A stretch of 64,000 bases of DNA from Paragordius varius (taxonomy: Eukaryota; Animalia; Nematomorpha). The notes below the pieces were generated by a model, which did no database searches, was not told the origin of the DNA, and saw only the letters and a list, made by a program, of their open reading frames with translations. The stretch is from assembly GCA_964247055.1 (NCBI GenBank), contig OZ176057.1:1054001-1118000 (forward strand). The letters run 5' to 3'. The translations under genes and the position numbers were made by a program. Positions 40,701 to 54,319 of this stretch are shown here, in pieces. Within the stretch, counting starts at the first letter, position 1; every line of letters begins with the position of its first letter.

Positions 40701-43481
40701 CTGGTGAAATTTGTGTCATATTGTAAAATGATAGGAAAGGGCTAACGTTTGTAGCGACATTACTGGTTAGAGGTCCTACGAGACCCACTATTCTAAAAGC
40801 TTCACGTAAATTCATCATTACTATACATTGAATCTAAATTACAGTAAAAACTAAATACGGAAAAAATGTAAAAATATAAAGACAAATAAATTCTTAATAT
40901 TATAACTATAATATCTATCGTTGTAAGTATCATAATAAAGTGTGCAGGTATAAATTATTATTTCTCTAAGTTATACAGTCATGTATCCATTATTTTAAAA
41001 ATTTATTTTCTTTCGTTAAATGGGTATAAATATTTGTTAAAGAATGGAAAAAACAAGATTCATCAAAAAATAAGAATTACCATAGAGCTCTTGTTTCTCC
41101 ATTCTTTACCGAATATTTATACCCATTTAACAAAAAAAATAATTTTTGATAAAATTAAGGATACATAACTGTATATTTCTCAATTGTAATCTTTTAATTA
41201 ATAAATAAAAATCAATGTTTAAAACGACAAAAATAAATTGTCCTTAAGCTTTTATATGTTAGTTATATAATTTGAATACTGTAGATGGGGGGCTAAATAT
41301 GTTGCGCCTTCATTTATTTTTATGATTATTAATTGAGGAAAAAATATTTTAAAATACAGAGAATTAATTATATATGGATGCACACAAAACATATCCCGAT
41401 AAAATAATTATATTTTGGGATTTTCATGGTGAGTACGGTGCATCCAAGAAAAATAAAAGAAAATATTTTAAAAACTTACAATTGTTTTATATCGTATATA
41501 AATATTTTTATTTTCTCTAGAAATCCAAAATTTTTAGCCCTTTCTAAGCCAGTGTTTTCGAAAAAATTCCCAAATTTTGCCAAACAATTTTTGAATGTTA
41601 GATACAATTTTAAGCTTAAAGTGTATCTGATGGTTGATGTATGATAGAAAAGGTATAACTAACGCCTTTTTTTTAATTTGAAAGATTTACAATTTTTGAC
41701 TAAATGTATTATAATGTTGCAAAATATATATATACATGTATACATATAAATATATATATATATATAACTTAAAATTAAAGTCTATAAATTTTTTAATTAA
41801 AAAGGGTAAAAAATATTTAACTCTATCGAATTAAATATAAAAAGAGATCTTTTACCGTTTCCAGTATCCTTCTAAATACCATTAAATATTATATTATAGT
41901 ATAATTTATCTAACGTTTAATGTTTTAAACAAAGTATGCTTTTTTTCAAAAAAATTTCTTTATTACATATTGCTGAGATATAAGGTTATTGCAAAATCTC
42001 GCTATTTTTTGCCTTTATTTCAACAAAAATACATTTTAGATGGGCTAAATTAAGAATTTCGTAGCCCAGCTTTGTCTTTAAACGTAGTTTAGGAATATAT
42101 TATGATATATTTACGATGATGTTTTTTAAAATAAAGGAACTATCCCGAAAAGTTTTAGCATCATATGTGCTATTTTTGCGATTTTATGGTATATATAAAT
42201 CACAAAAGTGCAAATATTTTTGTTGTATGACACGCAAAGCCCAAAACCAAAAACGCTATTAGAACCTAATATATTCTATAAAATAAATTATATTTTATCA
42301 GGATATATTTTTTACCATGAATCGCATATTTACCATCTTTTATATATGATTTCAGCACCTCATTCCTTTTTAGGCTATTGTACCCTACGTGTTATATACA
42401 AATAACTTAAGAGATATGTATATAACCTTTTAGGCGCATTAGATAATTTTTTAAAAATTTTCATAAAATCTTCATTATGATTTTTACCCTCCAGATTTGT
42501 ATATACTAAAAAACTGACATTTATACAGTAAAACTGAAATTAAAGGACAAAACTTAAAATTATAGATAAACATTTTTATCCAAAGGATAACCATACTTTT
42601 TTAACCTTAATTTTTCCTATATACGTTTATTTAGAGTTATAATTTGTACAATTGATTGGGTTTCACACTTTGCCTGCCATTTTAACAATGTGTTATGAAA
42701 ATCATTTTAAAGGTAGGTTTTCTTTTTGAGAAAATATTCTATATATTTGTACATTTTGTCCGTATAATATCAGTTTTCACTGTAAATTTAATGCATTAAA
42801 TTTTTTTAATATTTTTGAAAACCAGTTGTTGGTTTTGAGTGTTGGATTATATGTGGACTATAATACTCATAAAATTATAAAAATTTTAAGCCTTTATATC
42901 TTATTATAACAATGATTTTAATCATTATTAGACAATATAATGTCTGTTAATAAATTAGCATTACAAATTCAGGGTTCTGCCATAAAAATACCCCATAATG
43001 TATTTTTCACATAAATATTGTAAAATTAGAAAGTATTAATGATTAAAAAAATGTTTAATTATTAGTGTTGACCTATAGTTAGTTATTAAAGTATAAATAT
43101 AAGTTATACTAAAGCTGTTGCAGGGTTAGAGCAGGTAGGGAGTATAAGATACCCCACTTTTAAATTGTACTTTGGGTTAAAATATTGTCGATTCCATTCC
43201 TCTATAATGTAAACCATGGAAAAAGCTTTGACCACAGAAAATTCTTTCAAACTGTCCCCACACATTGAGTAATGATCCAAATTACTGGAATATAGATCGA
43301 ACAGACCCCCAACGTTAATATCACCATCTTTAACGAGTTGAGTAGATGGAAAATTTTTGAGAGATTGCTTTTGCATTTCGTAAGAAGGATTTATTTGAGT
43401 TGTTGTTAATGCGCAAATTATAGTTAACGCCACTGATCTCAAATTTAGAAGGGTAGTAGAGGATAATTTCATAGTGTACAT
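36768..43481 (-). CDS. Class C GPCR, metabotropic glutamate/CaSR/taste receptor-like (~865 aa): signal peptide, Venus flytrap, nine-Cys domain, 7TM
   Basis: Exons 43481-43110, 40833-40670, 39385-37825, 37268-36768 (TGA); phases 0,2,0; 2598 nt. Family motifs: GDINVGGLF, VGYLILPTCS, IVGLVGP, TQISP, FHWNQVSIIYSD, FIGPDTW, ISFFALTGHIHFN, CSQPC..CCWVCLGC..CKKC..KC (9 Cys), and TM7 LLVPKI. Confidence 0.92.
39794..39957. mobile_element. MITE family H (TIR CAGTATGCATTTTAATGG)
   Basis: TIR pair flanked by TA. Related copies at approximately 14963-15160 and 60650-60846. Confidence 0.78.
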
Positions 43482-46400
43482 AAAGGTTTGAAGCAAAAAA
43501 AACTGTTAAAATATCATCATCAAAGAAAATTATTTGCTCAGGTGAATATGGCGCTACGTTTCAAATGCGCTGCTAAAAAACAGATCTTTTCAAATATATC
43601 ACATAATGTCTCTAAAAATCTTTTACAAGAGCGTCTATTACTCAGCAATTTTTTTAATAAATATTTTGATAAAAGAGACAAGATTGAATAGATTAAAATT
43701 AAGATTTCTTTTGCCACCTTCCTTTCATTCCTATTGTTATAAAATGAAAGAAAGATGCAAATATAATATCCAATTAGTGTTTATATTTTAATCACATATT
43801 ATATATTCTATATTAATAAGGCAAATCTATTTAATCATGTTTTTTAATTAAATATCTAACCAATTTGATAAAATAAAAATATTTTTCAATAATTTCACAC
43901 AAAATAATCCCTGCAAACTCCAATCAAAATACATTATTTTTTAATATTACACAGCCCTATAGGTTTTTATTTTTCAAACAACATTCAGGGAAATAGACTC
44001 ACTTAATTACCAAAATGCAATTTATTTGATCAATGCTCCAAGAGTGACTGAAACAATTTTTGAACAAATCAATAGTTTTATCTAAGCGTTTTTTAAAATA
44101 ATTTTGAGTTATATGTATGTTTCCGAAAACCTATGCCCATTCAGTTACAATAAGGAATCTTTTGATTTTTACGTGTGGGTGAACAGAGCCATTTTTTGGA
44201 TAAGCCTTTCAGTTTTTGGCAAAATTCTGAAAAATAAAAGTTTTGAAAAACATTTTTTTCCTTCGAAACAAATTTTTTCGGGTTAGAAGCCCGTTTAAAT
44301 TTATTAATAAATTTTTTAATTGTTTTACAATTGCGTCAAGGCAGACAGAGCCTTTTTTGAATTAACCACTAATAACCCTTCCGTGTGAATATAATGGTGT
44401 AAAGATTGGTTTTAAAGCAATGTTATTTCAAACGCAACCATACTTATTTTGAATTTACTCAATTTTTATTCACAAAAAATGAAATAAAGTTATTAATAGC
44501 AAAATTAATTAAATATTATATTATAGTAATCAAATAATTTAATTAAAAAGAACAAGGTGTTATGAAAAAGTTGGTTCGAGTTTTAAATTTTTTTTATCTA
44601 TTTGTCCTATTAGTACAATATTTTGTAGTTTCATATGTTTATTTATTGCAATCGGTTCTAAAGCGTCAAAATAATGGTCATATGTGTCAGAATTCAACTT
44701 AACCTTGGCTGTGGATGTACCACATACCCTTACCTCTAAATTTTTGCATCAACAATTGAAAATAAACCATGATATGTTATTTATTTCAAATGTTAGTTTT
44801 AAAATATTTTTAATGATATCGTCAATTTCAAACTTTACAATTTTACCATTTGTTATAACATTTTTACAGACATCATTACACCTCTCAATATGGTATACAG
44901 TTGTTTGGCGCTTTTTAATTTATTTTGCTCACGTAGCGTTTAAAATCCAATATATATATTTTGTAAACTTATTGAGGATTTGAGACATATGACCAAAAAT
45001 AAATCTGAAGCTGTAAATTTAACTTTTAGGATTTAAAATTTATTGTGACTATCTTAACACTTATAGCTGGAAATAAGTATATTTAATGGTATAATTCTCT
45101 ACAATAACACTAAGACATTATAAATAATGGGAAATTTAGGTATTAAATTTTATCAATAAATAATTTTAATTAGGTGCTCTTACAAGCGTATTAGGTTATA
45201 CAAATAAGTACAAAATTTCAACGGATCACGCTTTATAGAGCTATCATTTATTTTCTGTTATGTGACTCTTAAAAACTAACTGTATTTTTATAGCAATCAT
45301 AATTTTAAATTTCTAATCTCAAAACAATATATTTTTTATAAGCATTTATGTATGTTTTTAACCTTTTGCAGAAGGGGTAAAATTTTAAATGTTAATAGAT
45401 TAAAATACAATATCGCTATTGTTGTCCTATTGGTGTCCAGCAATGATCTTTATCGTTTTAACAAATTCTTTGAAATATTGATTGCTATACCATAATAACA
45501 GTAAAAATTGAAATTATATTAACAAAAGGTAAAAATTTAAAGAAAATATATTTTTTTAAAAAAACTCTACTTTTTATACCTAAATCCTTCTTGCAATAAC
45601 CATTGTAAAATATTAATTATGTTACCAAATATATCGCTATTTTATACTTTGCAATCTAAAAATTTCATTTTAAAAATTATACTTAGTGGTCTTTTGAAAA
45701 AAATATTTGTTTTATATTTTAACATTTTGTCCGTATAATTTTAATTTTTACTCCAAGATATATCATTCCAAGGTTAAATTAGATACTAGTTTGAATGGGA
45801 ACTAATTATTGGATTTAATATCCACAACCATTTACATTTTATTTCCATAATTAGATGGCGGTTAGAATCTCTGTTAAAACCTTTACATTCCTTAATACTG
45901 ACCATGACTATTTAATATAATTTCTAAATGATTTATTTTTTAAATTTTGCATATTTTATGTGCAAAAAATTAGTTATTGAAATGCAAATTATTTTTTTAT
46001 TACGGAAATATCATTGTTAGTTACCATTTCGCGTTTCCTATTTCCGAAACTTAGCCAGAGTTCGTGAAGAGGTTTTTTTAAAAAATATTTTTTAAAAGAA
46101 CAATTTTTTTTCGTCAACTAAAAAACTAAAATACCCTTTTAACATTATAAAATTCGGATGAATAAATTTTTAACTTAACAAATTAAAAACCTTGTTTATT
46201 CAAAAATATTCAATTATTTTATTTGGGTGAAAATATTATTAATACGGATAAATATTAATTTTCCAGTTTTTATGTTGTTCATATACTGTATTTTATTATA
46301 TTTGCTATTTAAATCAAAGGAATTAAAATATTTAAGCTAAAAAAATCTATAAAATTGATTCAATATTTAATTAAACTTTTTTGAGATATTAAACAATTAC

Positions 46401-47297
46401 TATATAAAATATATTAATATATGTAAGAAAAGGTATTCCAAAAAATTTTTTTGAAAGAAAACCAAAATATCAAAATTTTGCGAATATTTGCCTCAGTATT
46501 TCCGCCCTAAATTTAATCTCATTTTAATAATAACCGTATAGAAACGCTAGTTCATAAACCCGACAAATACGTATTTTAAGATTATTTTAACCCAATTAAT
46601 TGTTTTTTTTGCAATTCATAATCAATTTACGGTTAAAAGCCCCCGGAGAGATAAAAGAGTGTTAATTTAATATTTGTTTTAATTTTTTTTTACAAAATAA
46701 GTTAGGACAAAATGTAAAAATATAACGACAAATATTTTTTATCTAACAGACAACAGTACTTTTCAAATCTTGATTTTTTTAAATATATGTCATTGTTTTT
46801 AAACTGCAAAGTATAATATAGTAATGCAAATTGGTAAAACAATTAATAATGTATTTTACGATTGTAATTAAATAATTTATATAAAAAAATAAGAATTAAA
46901 AAAGTATGGTTGTTTTTTGGAAAAAACTATTTTTCTATATATTTTCACTTTTTGTCCGTATAATATCATTTTTACTGTATATCCTTCAAAAATTTACGAA
47001 ATCTAAGAAAAAAATATTTTTTCAAACATATTTTCTGATAAATATTTCCCAAATTTTGGCAATAAACTAGTAAAAAAAATGTTAACATAAATGCTTGTTT
47101 TGGTGAATACGACCCATGGAACCAATTGTGTTTTAAAGGCCCCTGACTGGCCTGAAACATATATAAAGTACAATTAGTTATTTCAAAACATTTAAATTAT
47201 AAAATTTATTAAACATTATTTGCACATAGCTCTCTAGCTTCTAAACATTATTGCATTGTTGTAAAATCATTATTAAAATCATTACTATTGAATAAAA

Positions 47298-47393
47298 TTA
47301 AATATCTTTTATGGTGGTACTTTTTGAGCTTGGAAAGTCGGATGACGGTGTTTGTTGATTTTTTATATTTGATATGTTGATTTGACTAGGTGC

Positions 47394-47435
<42 letters not shown>

Positions 47436-47788
47436 ATTTACAGTTCAAATTCACCCCTGAACAATTCAAATTCACCCTTGAACAATCCAAATTCACCTTT
47501 AAATCAAATTCACCCTAAAAATAAATTATGTGTTTTCGAAATAATATAACTCATTATTAAAGTGAAATATATGTTTATGGTATAGTTTATTATTTTTTCA
47601 GTATTATTTTAATTTAAAACAAAATTTTTATTTTTTAAAAATATATAAAATATAGGTAATTTTTAATCTTAAAAAACATATATTTTTGAGGATGAATTTG
47701 ACATGTTCGAGGGTGATTTTGAATTCAAGGGTGAATTTAAATTGTTCAAGGGTGAATTTGAGTTTAAGGGTGAAATTGAACTGTAAAT

Positions 47789-47823
<35 letters not shown>

Positions 47824-49754
47824 TAAAAATGAAATTATACGGGGACAAAACATAACAATATAAAGACAAACATTTTTATCTAAAAGACACCAATCATACT
47901 TTTTTAACCCTTAATTTATTTATTAGTAACAATTGTAAATTTTTACAATTGATTGTGTTAATAATATATATATCTCAATTTCATACTTTACCGTTTTAAA
48001 CTGTAGGTAATATATTTTAAAAAAATCAAGATTTAAAATATGGTTGTCTTTTCAATAAAATTATTTGTCTATATATTTGTACGCATTGTCCGTATAATTA
48101 TATTTTTATTTAAAATGTAAAAAAATGGCGATTTCAATCAATTATCCCAACTAGATTCTTTTTTTAATTCACAAATAAACGCTTAACAACATTTTATGGA
48201 AAAATAATTATTATTAAACCGTCTTTTTTGATCTCCACGGGAGCTAACGATTTGGGTAACATAAAAAAAATATTTTTATAAATTATTTTTAAACTTTTTG
48301 AGCTTAAAATAGAATTATGCAAAACTTAAAAAATCAAGAATAATATACCAAGAAAAAATATTTTTTAATCCAGATTATATTTGAATAAAATAATATCCCC
48401 ACGTGTTACCAGTTAACATTTCTAATTTTTTTGTAATCCCAAAGAACTATTTAAAAAAAACTTGAAGTTTTTACAATAAAAATGAAATTATACAGGGGGA
48501 CAAAACGTAAAAAATAAAGACAAATATTTTTTTCTAAAAAACAACCATACATTTTTAATCATGCTTTTTTTTCAAATATAAATCATTGTTTTAATCTGCA
48601 AAATATAAAATAGAAATGTAAATTGGTAACACAATCAATTTTATAGTTTACGATTGTAAATAAATATTTTATATAGCAAAAATTAAGGAAAGTTTAAAAA
48701 AGTATGGTTGTCTTTTGAAAAAATAATTTTGTCTTTACTTTTTGAGTTTTTACTGTATAATTACAATTCGTCTCCGTAATTTAAACTTCTAAAACTGTGG
48801 CTTTAAAAAATAGTATTTTTATATTTTTAATTATCCATTAAATATACCATTTACAATTCAAATTCACCCTTGAACAATTCAAATTCCCCCTTAAAATAAA
48901 TTATGTGTTTTCGAGCTAATATAATTCCTTATAAATAAGAAATATATTCCTATGGCTATATATTATTATTTTTTCAGTATTAATTTTAAACGAAATTTAT
49001 TTTTTTATATATATCAAAAATATAAATAATTTTTAATCTCAAAAAACACTTCCTTTATTTTCAAGGGTGAATTTGAAATGTTCAAGGGCGAATTTAAATT
49101 GCTTAAAGGTGAATTTGAATTGTTAAAGGGTGAAATTGAACTGTTCAAGAATGAATTTAAATTGTACAAGGGTGAATTTGAATTGTTTAAGGGTAAATTT
49201 GAACTGTAAATGGTATATATAAAATTAACTTTTGTAATTTAGTTTAGGTTAGTTAAAATTTTATCATACATATACCATCAAGAGTAATTGATGATTGATT
49301 AAAATGGGTATCCGTAATTTTACTGGAATCAGAATAGTAATTCTGTACTAATTTTGAGTCTTGAACAGAGCAGTTTTGATGAATATTGGAATAATTATCA
49401 TTTCTTCTGTTTTCTATCAAAAAAAAACAAGAAGAATAAATTATAGTAAAGCTTTTGTAAGGACTTAATATTTTTAAAAAGGTAAACAGTTAAAATATAT
49501 ATTAAAATTATACAGGCAAAATGGTAAAATATAAAGACAAATATTTTTTTTTCTAAAAGATAACCATACTTTTTGAAACATTCCTTAAATTTTCTCATAT
49601 AAACATTCCCAACCATATCAATTTCCTACTTTGCGATTTCAAACAATGAGTTTTATTAATATAAATTAGTTTATAATGAGAATGGTTGTCTTTTAGAAAA
49701 AAATCGTTGCCTTTATATATTTACGTTTTGTCCGTATAATTTTAATTTTTACTG

Positions 49755-49802
<48 letters not shown>

Positions 49803-52800
49803 ATTATCAAATTTCAAACATAAGTATGTAATAATGTTAATACATTTAAATTTTTTTGTAATCCATTGTCAATTGGAATGATTTACAGTAAAAATTGAAA
49901 TTATACGGACAAAAGTGTTAAAATATACAGACAAATATTTTTTTTAAAAGACAACCATACTTTTTTAACCCCTATTTCATGCTATAAAAAACAAACATTT
50001 AATTACAATCGTAAAATATATAATTGAATGTGTTACCAATTTACATTACTATATTATACTATAAAGTTTAATATAAAATAAGTAAGTTATATTTACTAAA
50101 ATCTAGATTAAAAAAGTATGGTTTTCTTTTTGAAAAAAAAAAATTTTTTTTTCACGTTTTGTCCGTATATTTTTATTTTTGCTGTAAGTTCTTTAACAAA
50201 TATCAATTTGTCTTTTCAAACATTTTAGCAACTGTTATAGATATATCACAAATTAAATCAACATTGAACTATCCGCTATTTTTAAGTTTCTAAATGTAAA
50301 AAAACTTTTTTTGCACATTTTTACGCACAATCAATAATCATTTTTCAAAAAACATAAAATTTCGAAATAAACCAAGGGTGATCAATACGCGACCCTGCAC
50401 AAAATAATTTTATAAAATTTTACAAATTCCAAGTAAAATTGATTTTAAAAAAAATTTGAAATTTTTTTAGGATAGTCTTATATGCTTGAATCTGATATAA
50501 TAAGATATATGTGTTAATTCCATATATATTTTACAGTCAAATTTCTCCATTAAACTCAATACTAAAAAAATTTTTTTTGCCATAATAATTTTTTTGACAT
50601 AAACAAGAATAATACCTAATTCATATATTTCGGGGGTATCACTAGAGTAATATAGCTCCATACTGTGGTTTCCTTTGCAATTTTCAGGGTTAATTGAGTG
50701 GATGTTACATTTTTTACTTTTTAATTCTTTTTGAGATATAAATGTTGACGTTTTCATATTATTTTTATAATCTACCTTATTAATAAATGGATTTTGTAGT
50801 ATTGAATTAACTTGAGCATTTTCAAAATCAATACTTTCATTATCATGATTAAAATTATGAGGTATTTGAGAATTTAAAAACTCAATATGGTTTTTAGTTT
50901 TTTGCGGGTAATTTATTGATTTGGTTTCAAACTCAAACGTATTATTCATATGAGGGCGTGAATTATGGCCAATGTGTAGGGCTTGAATAATTTCACGAAT
51001 TTTTTTAGCTTTCAGAATGCGACATCGTAAACGACCTCGGAGTAAACACTATAAGTTATCAAAAATATATATTAAAGTTTTTACAATTTAAATTCACGTC
51101 CCTTAAACAATTGAAATTCACCCTTAAACAATTCACCCCCCTTAAACAATTCAATTTCACCCTTAAACAATTCTAATTCACCCTTGAACAATCTTAAATA
51201 ATTTACTAATTTACCCCCTTAAACAATTCAAATTCACCCTTGAACAATTTTAAATTCACTCTTAAACAATTCTCAAATTCACCCTCGAACAATTCAAAAA
51301 ACAATCCGAATTCACCCTTAAAAAATTAAAATTCATTTTCAAACAATTCAATTCACCCTCGAACAATTTAAATTCACCCTTAAACAATTATAATTCACCC
51401 TTGAACAATTTAAAATATTTACCCTAAAATAAATTATGTGTGTTTTATTAAGATTAAAAATTACCTATATTTTTATATATAGTTTTAAAAAATAAAATTT
51501 TGTTTTAAATTAATAAAAAACTGAAAAAAACTATGCGCCATAAAAATATATTTTATATAAATAATGAATTATATTAATTCAAAAACACATAATTTATTTT
51601 TAGGGTGAATATAAATTGTTCAAGGGTGTATTTTAATTGTCCAAGGGTGTATTTAAACTGTAAACAATATATATTAAAGCAACCAAATTATAAAAATGAA
51701 AAATTTTTTATCAAAATTTTTCATATTTTTAAGATGATGGTGGAAATTATAATATAGACAAAACATTTTAACCGTAAAAGATCGAAAAAAACCCATCAAC
51801 TCTTATATATTAATATTGGGATTATTGAATTCAACTATAATTGAATGAAATTTACAAAAGTGAATTTTCGATTATTACTAAAAGTAATCATAAAAATAAA
51901 TTTTACATATAAACTATGAAAAACACTCAATTTTATAAATTTTTACAATATAGTTATTTAACAAAGATCATTTGAAATAATTTGCATTTTTTATCTCACA
52001 ACTATAATTTTACACTTTAAAGTAATTAATGTCAACATCAATCAACTCTTATATATTAATATTGGAATTATTGAATTCAACTATAATTGATTGAAATTGA
52101 CAAAAGTGAATTTTCAATTATTACTACAAGTGATCGTAAAAAATTTAAATTATAACTAATAAAAGTAATTTACATATAAACAAACTATGAAAAACACTCA
52201 TTTTTATAAATTTTATATTTATGAAACAAATTCATTTAAAATGGTTTGCGTTTTTTATCAAACATAATTAATTCAATTACAACCAAACATAGTATATCAA
52301 TAGTGTTTTTTACATTTTTAGCAGCCCGACATCGAATAGTATCTTCAAACGTAAGTTTAACATGAAATTCAATGGCCAATGGGTCATAACTGTAAAATGT
52401 TTCTAGGGGGTTATTACCATTAACCCTTTCTTTGTCGAAAGGCATAATTTTCGATGATTTTGTTGGATTTATCTTGTTTTGAAGAGACATAGTTTTAAGA
52501 GTTTTTGCGGTTTTAGAATTTAAAGGTGTTTTCTCAGTCTTTTCAGGAGGAGTTTTGTCATTTATATCTCGATTAATATAAGATATATTAGTAGCCAATT
52601 TTAACATGGTAAAAACGAGTGAAGTGTAATAATTTTCGCCCTCAAAATTTTTATTGGCATTCTGCACTGATTTATCAGACAGTGTAGCTTGTAAGGTAGA
52701 TCGAGTCCTTACCAATAAGCTTTTACCATCTTTAACCACGTTGGCTACTTCAATATCCTAAAATTTGTTTGTAAATTTCAAAAAAAAGTTTATTAAACAG

Positions 52801-54192
52801 TAAAAATTTAGAGTAAAAATTTTTAAAAAACGTGTAGAAAATATTTTTATCTAAAAGACAACCATACTTTTTTAATCTAAAAAATGTTTATATCAATATA
52901 ACTCATTTTTTTAATAGCAAATTGTGAAATAGAGATGAAAATTGGTAACACAGTCGTCAATTATTTATTTCACAATTGAAATTAAATGTTGCTTATAGGA
53001 TAATTTAAGTTTTAAAAAGGTATATGGTTGTCCTTTGAAAAAAATTTTTGTCTTTATGTTTTACCCGTAAAATTCTGTTTTACAGTAAAAATTGAAATTA
53101 TACAGGGGGCAAAAAAAAATATAAAAAGAAAACAAATATATTTTTTGTTAAATACTGCTGTGTACTGAATTTTTTTGTTAATAACTTAAGTTTATTTATA
53201 TATTAATAATTTTAAATTCCAAGGCATGAAAGATTTTAATTGGTAACACTATTAATAATATATATATATATATATATTTAATTATATTGGAATGGTATAT
53301 AATTATAAATGTATATGTAAGAGGAAAGTATGGCTGTCTTTAGTTAAAAATATAGTATTTGACAACTTTGTTTTTCACGTTTTTATTTGTCTCTAATTTT
53401 ATTTTTTACTGTTTTTAAACAATTTTATTTAGTCACCAAATCTTAGCGTTACTTTGCCTACAATATTGATTAACTAATTATTTTAATAAACTAAAAGTAA
53501 AGGAACCAATTTTTTTCAAACAACTCAAAAAAATTGTGTTTAACATAAAAAGCATTTTTAATTATCAAAAAAAACTTTAAATAACTCTGTATACAGATAT
53601 TCACCTTCAAACAATTCAAATTTATCCACAAATAAATTATGTGTTTTTTAAAGAATAAAATTACCTATATATTTCTATATACTTTTAAAAAATAAAATCA
53701 TTTTGTTAAAAATTAAAATAATAAACTATGCGCCATAAAGATAAATTTCATCTTATATATGAGTTATACTAGTTCAAAAAAAGACATAATAGATTATTTT
53801 TTACGGTGAATTTGAATTGTTCAAGGGTGAATTTAAATTGTTCAAGGGTGAATTTGAATTGTTCAAGGGGTAAATTTAAACTGGAAATTTAAATTTGAAA
53901 AAAAATACTTTTAATTCTGCCGAAATTTTAACGATACCATGACCAAGTAATTTGGGGTGAGGAATAACTAAAGCCATTATATTATCATAAACTACCAGGA
54001 ACCATAAATCGCCATTATTTAATACATTATTATTATTAGTAGTATGGTTTTCTTTCTTTTGTTCTTTATTGATTTCTATTATGCTAAATAAATATAATAA
54101 ATATATATGGTAAAGATTGAAATTAAATATTTATATTAATATATATTAAAAATTGTTGAAATAATATAAAGGACAAAACGTAAAAATATAAA

Positions 54193-54232
<40 letters not shown>

Positions 54233-54279
54233 TAAAAATTGAAATTATATTAAGGACAAAACGTAAAAATATAAAGACA

Positions 54280-54319
<40 letters not shown>

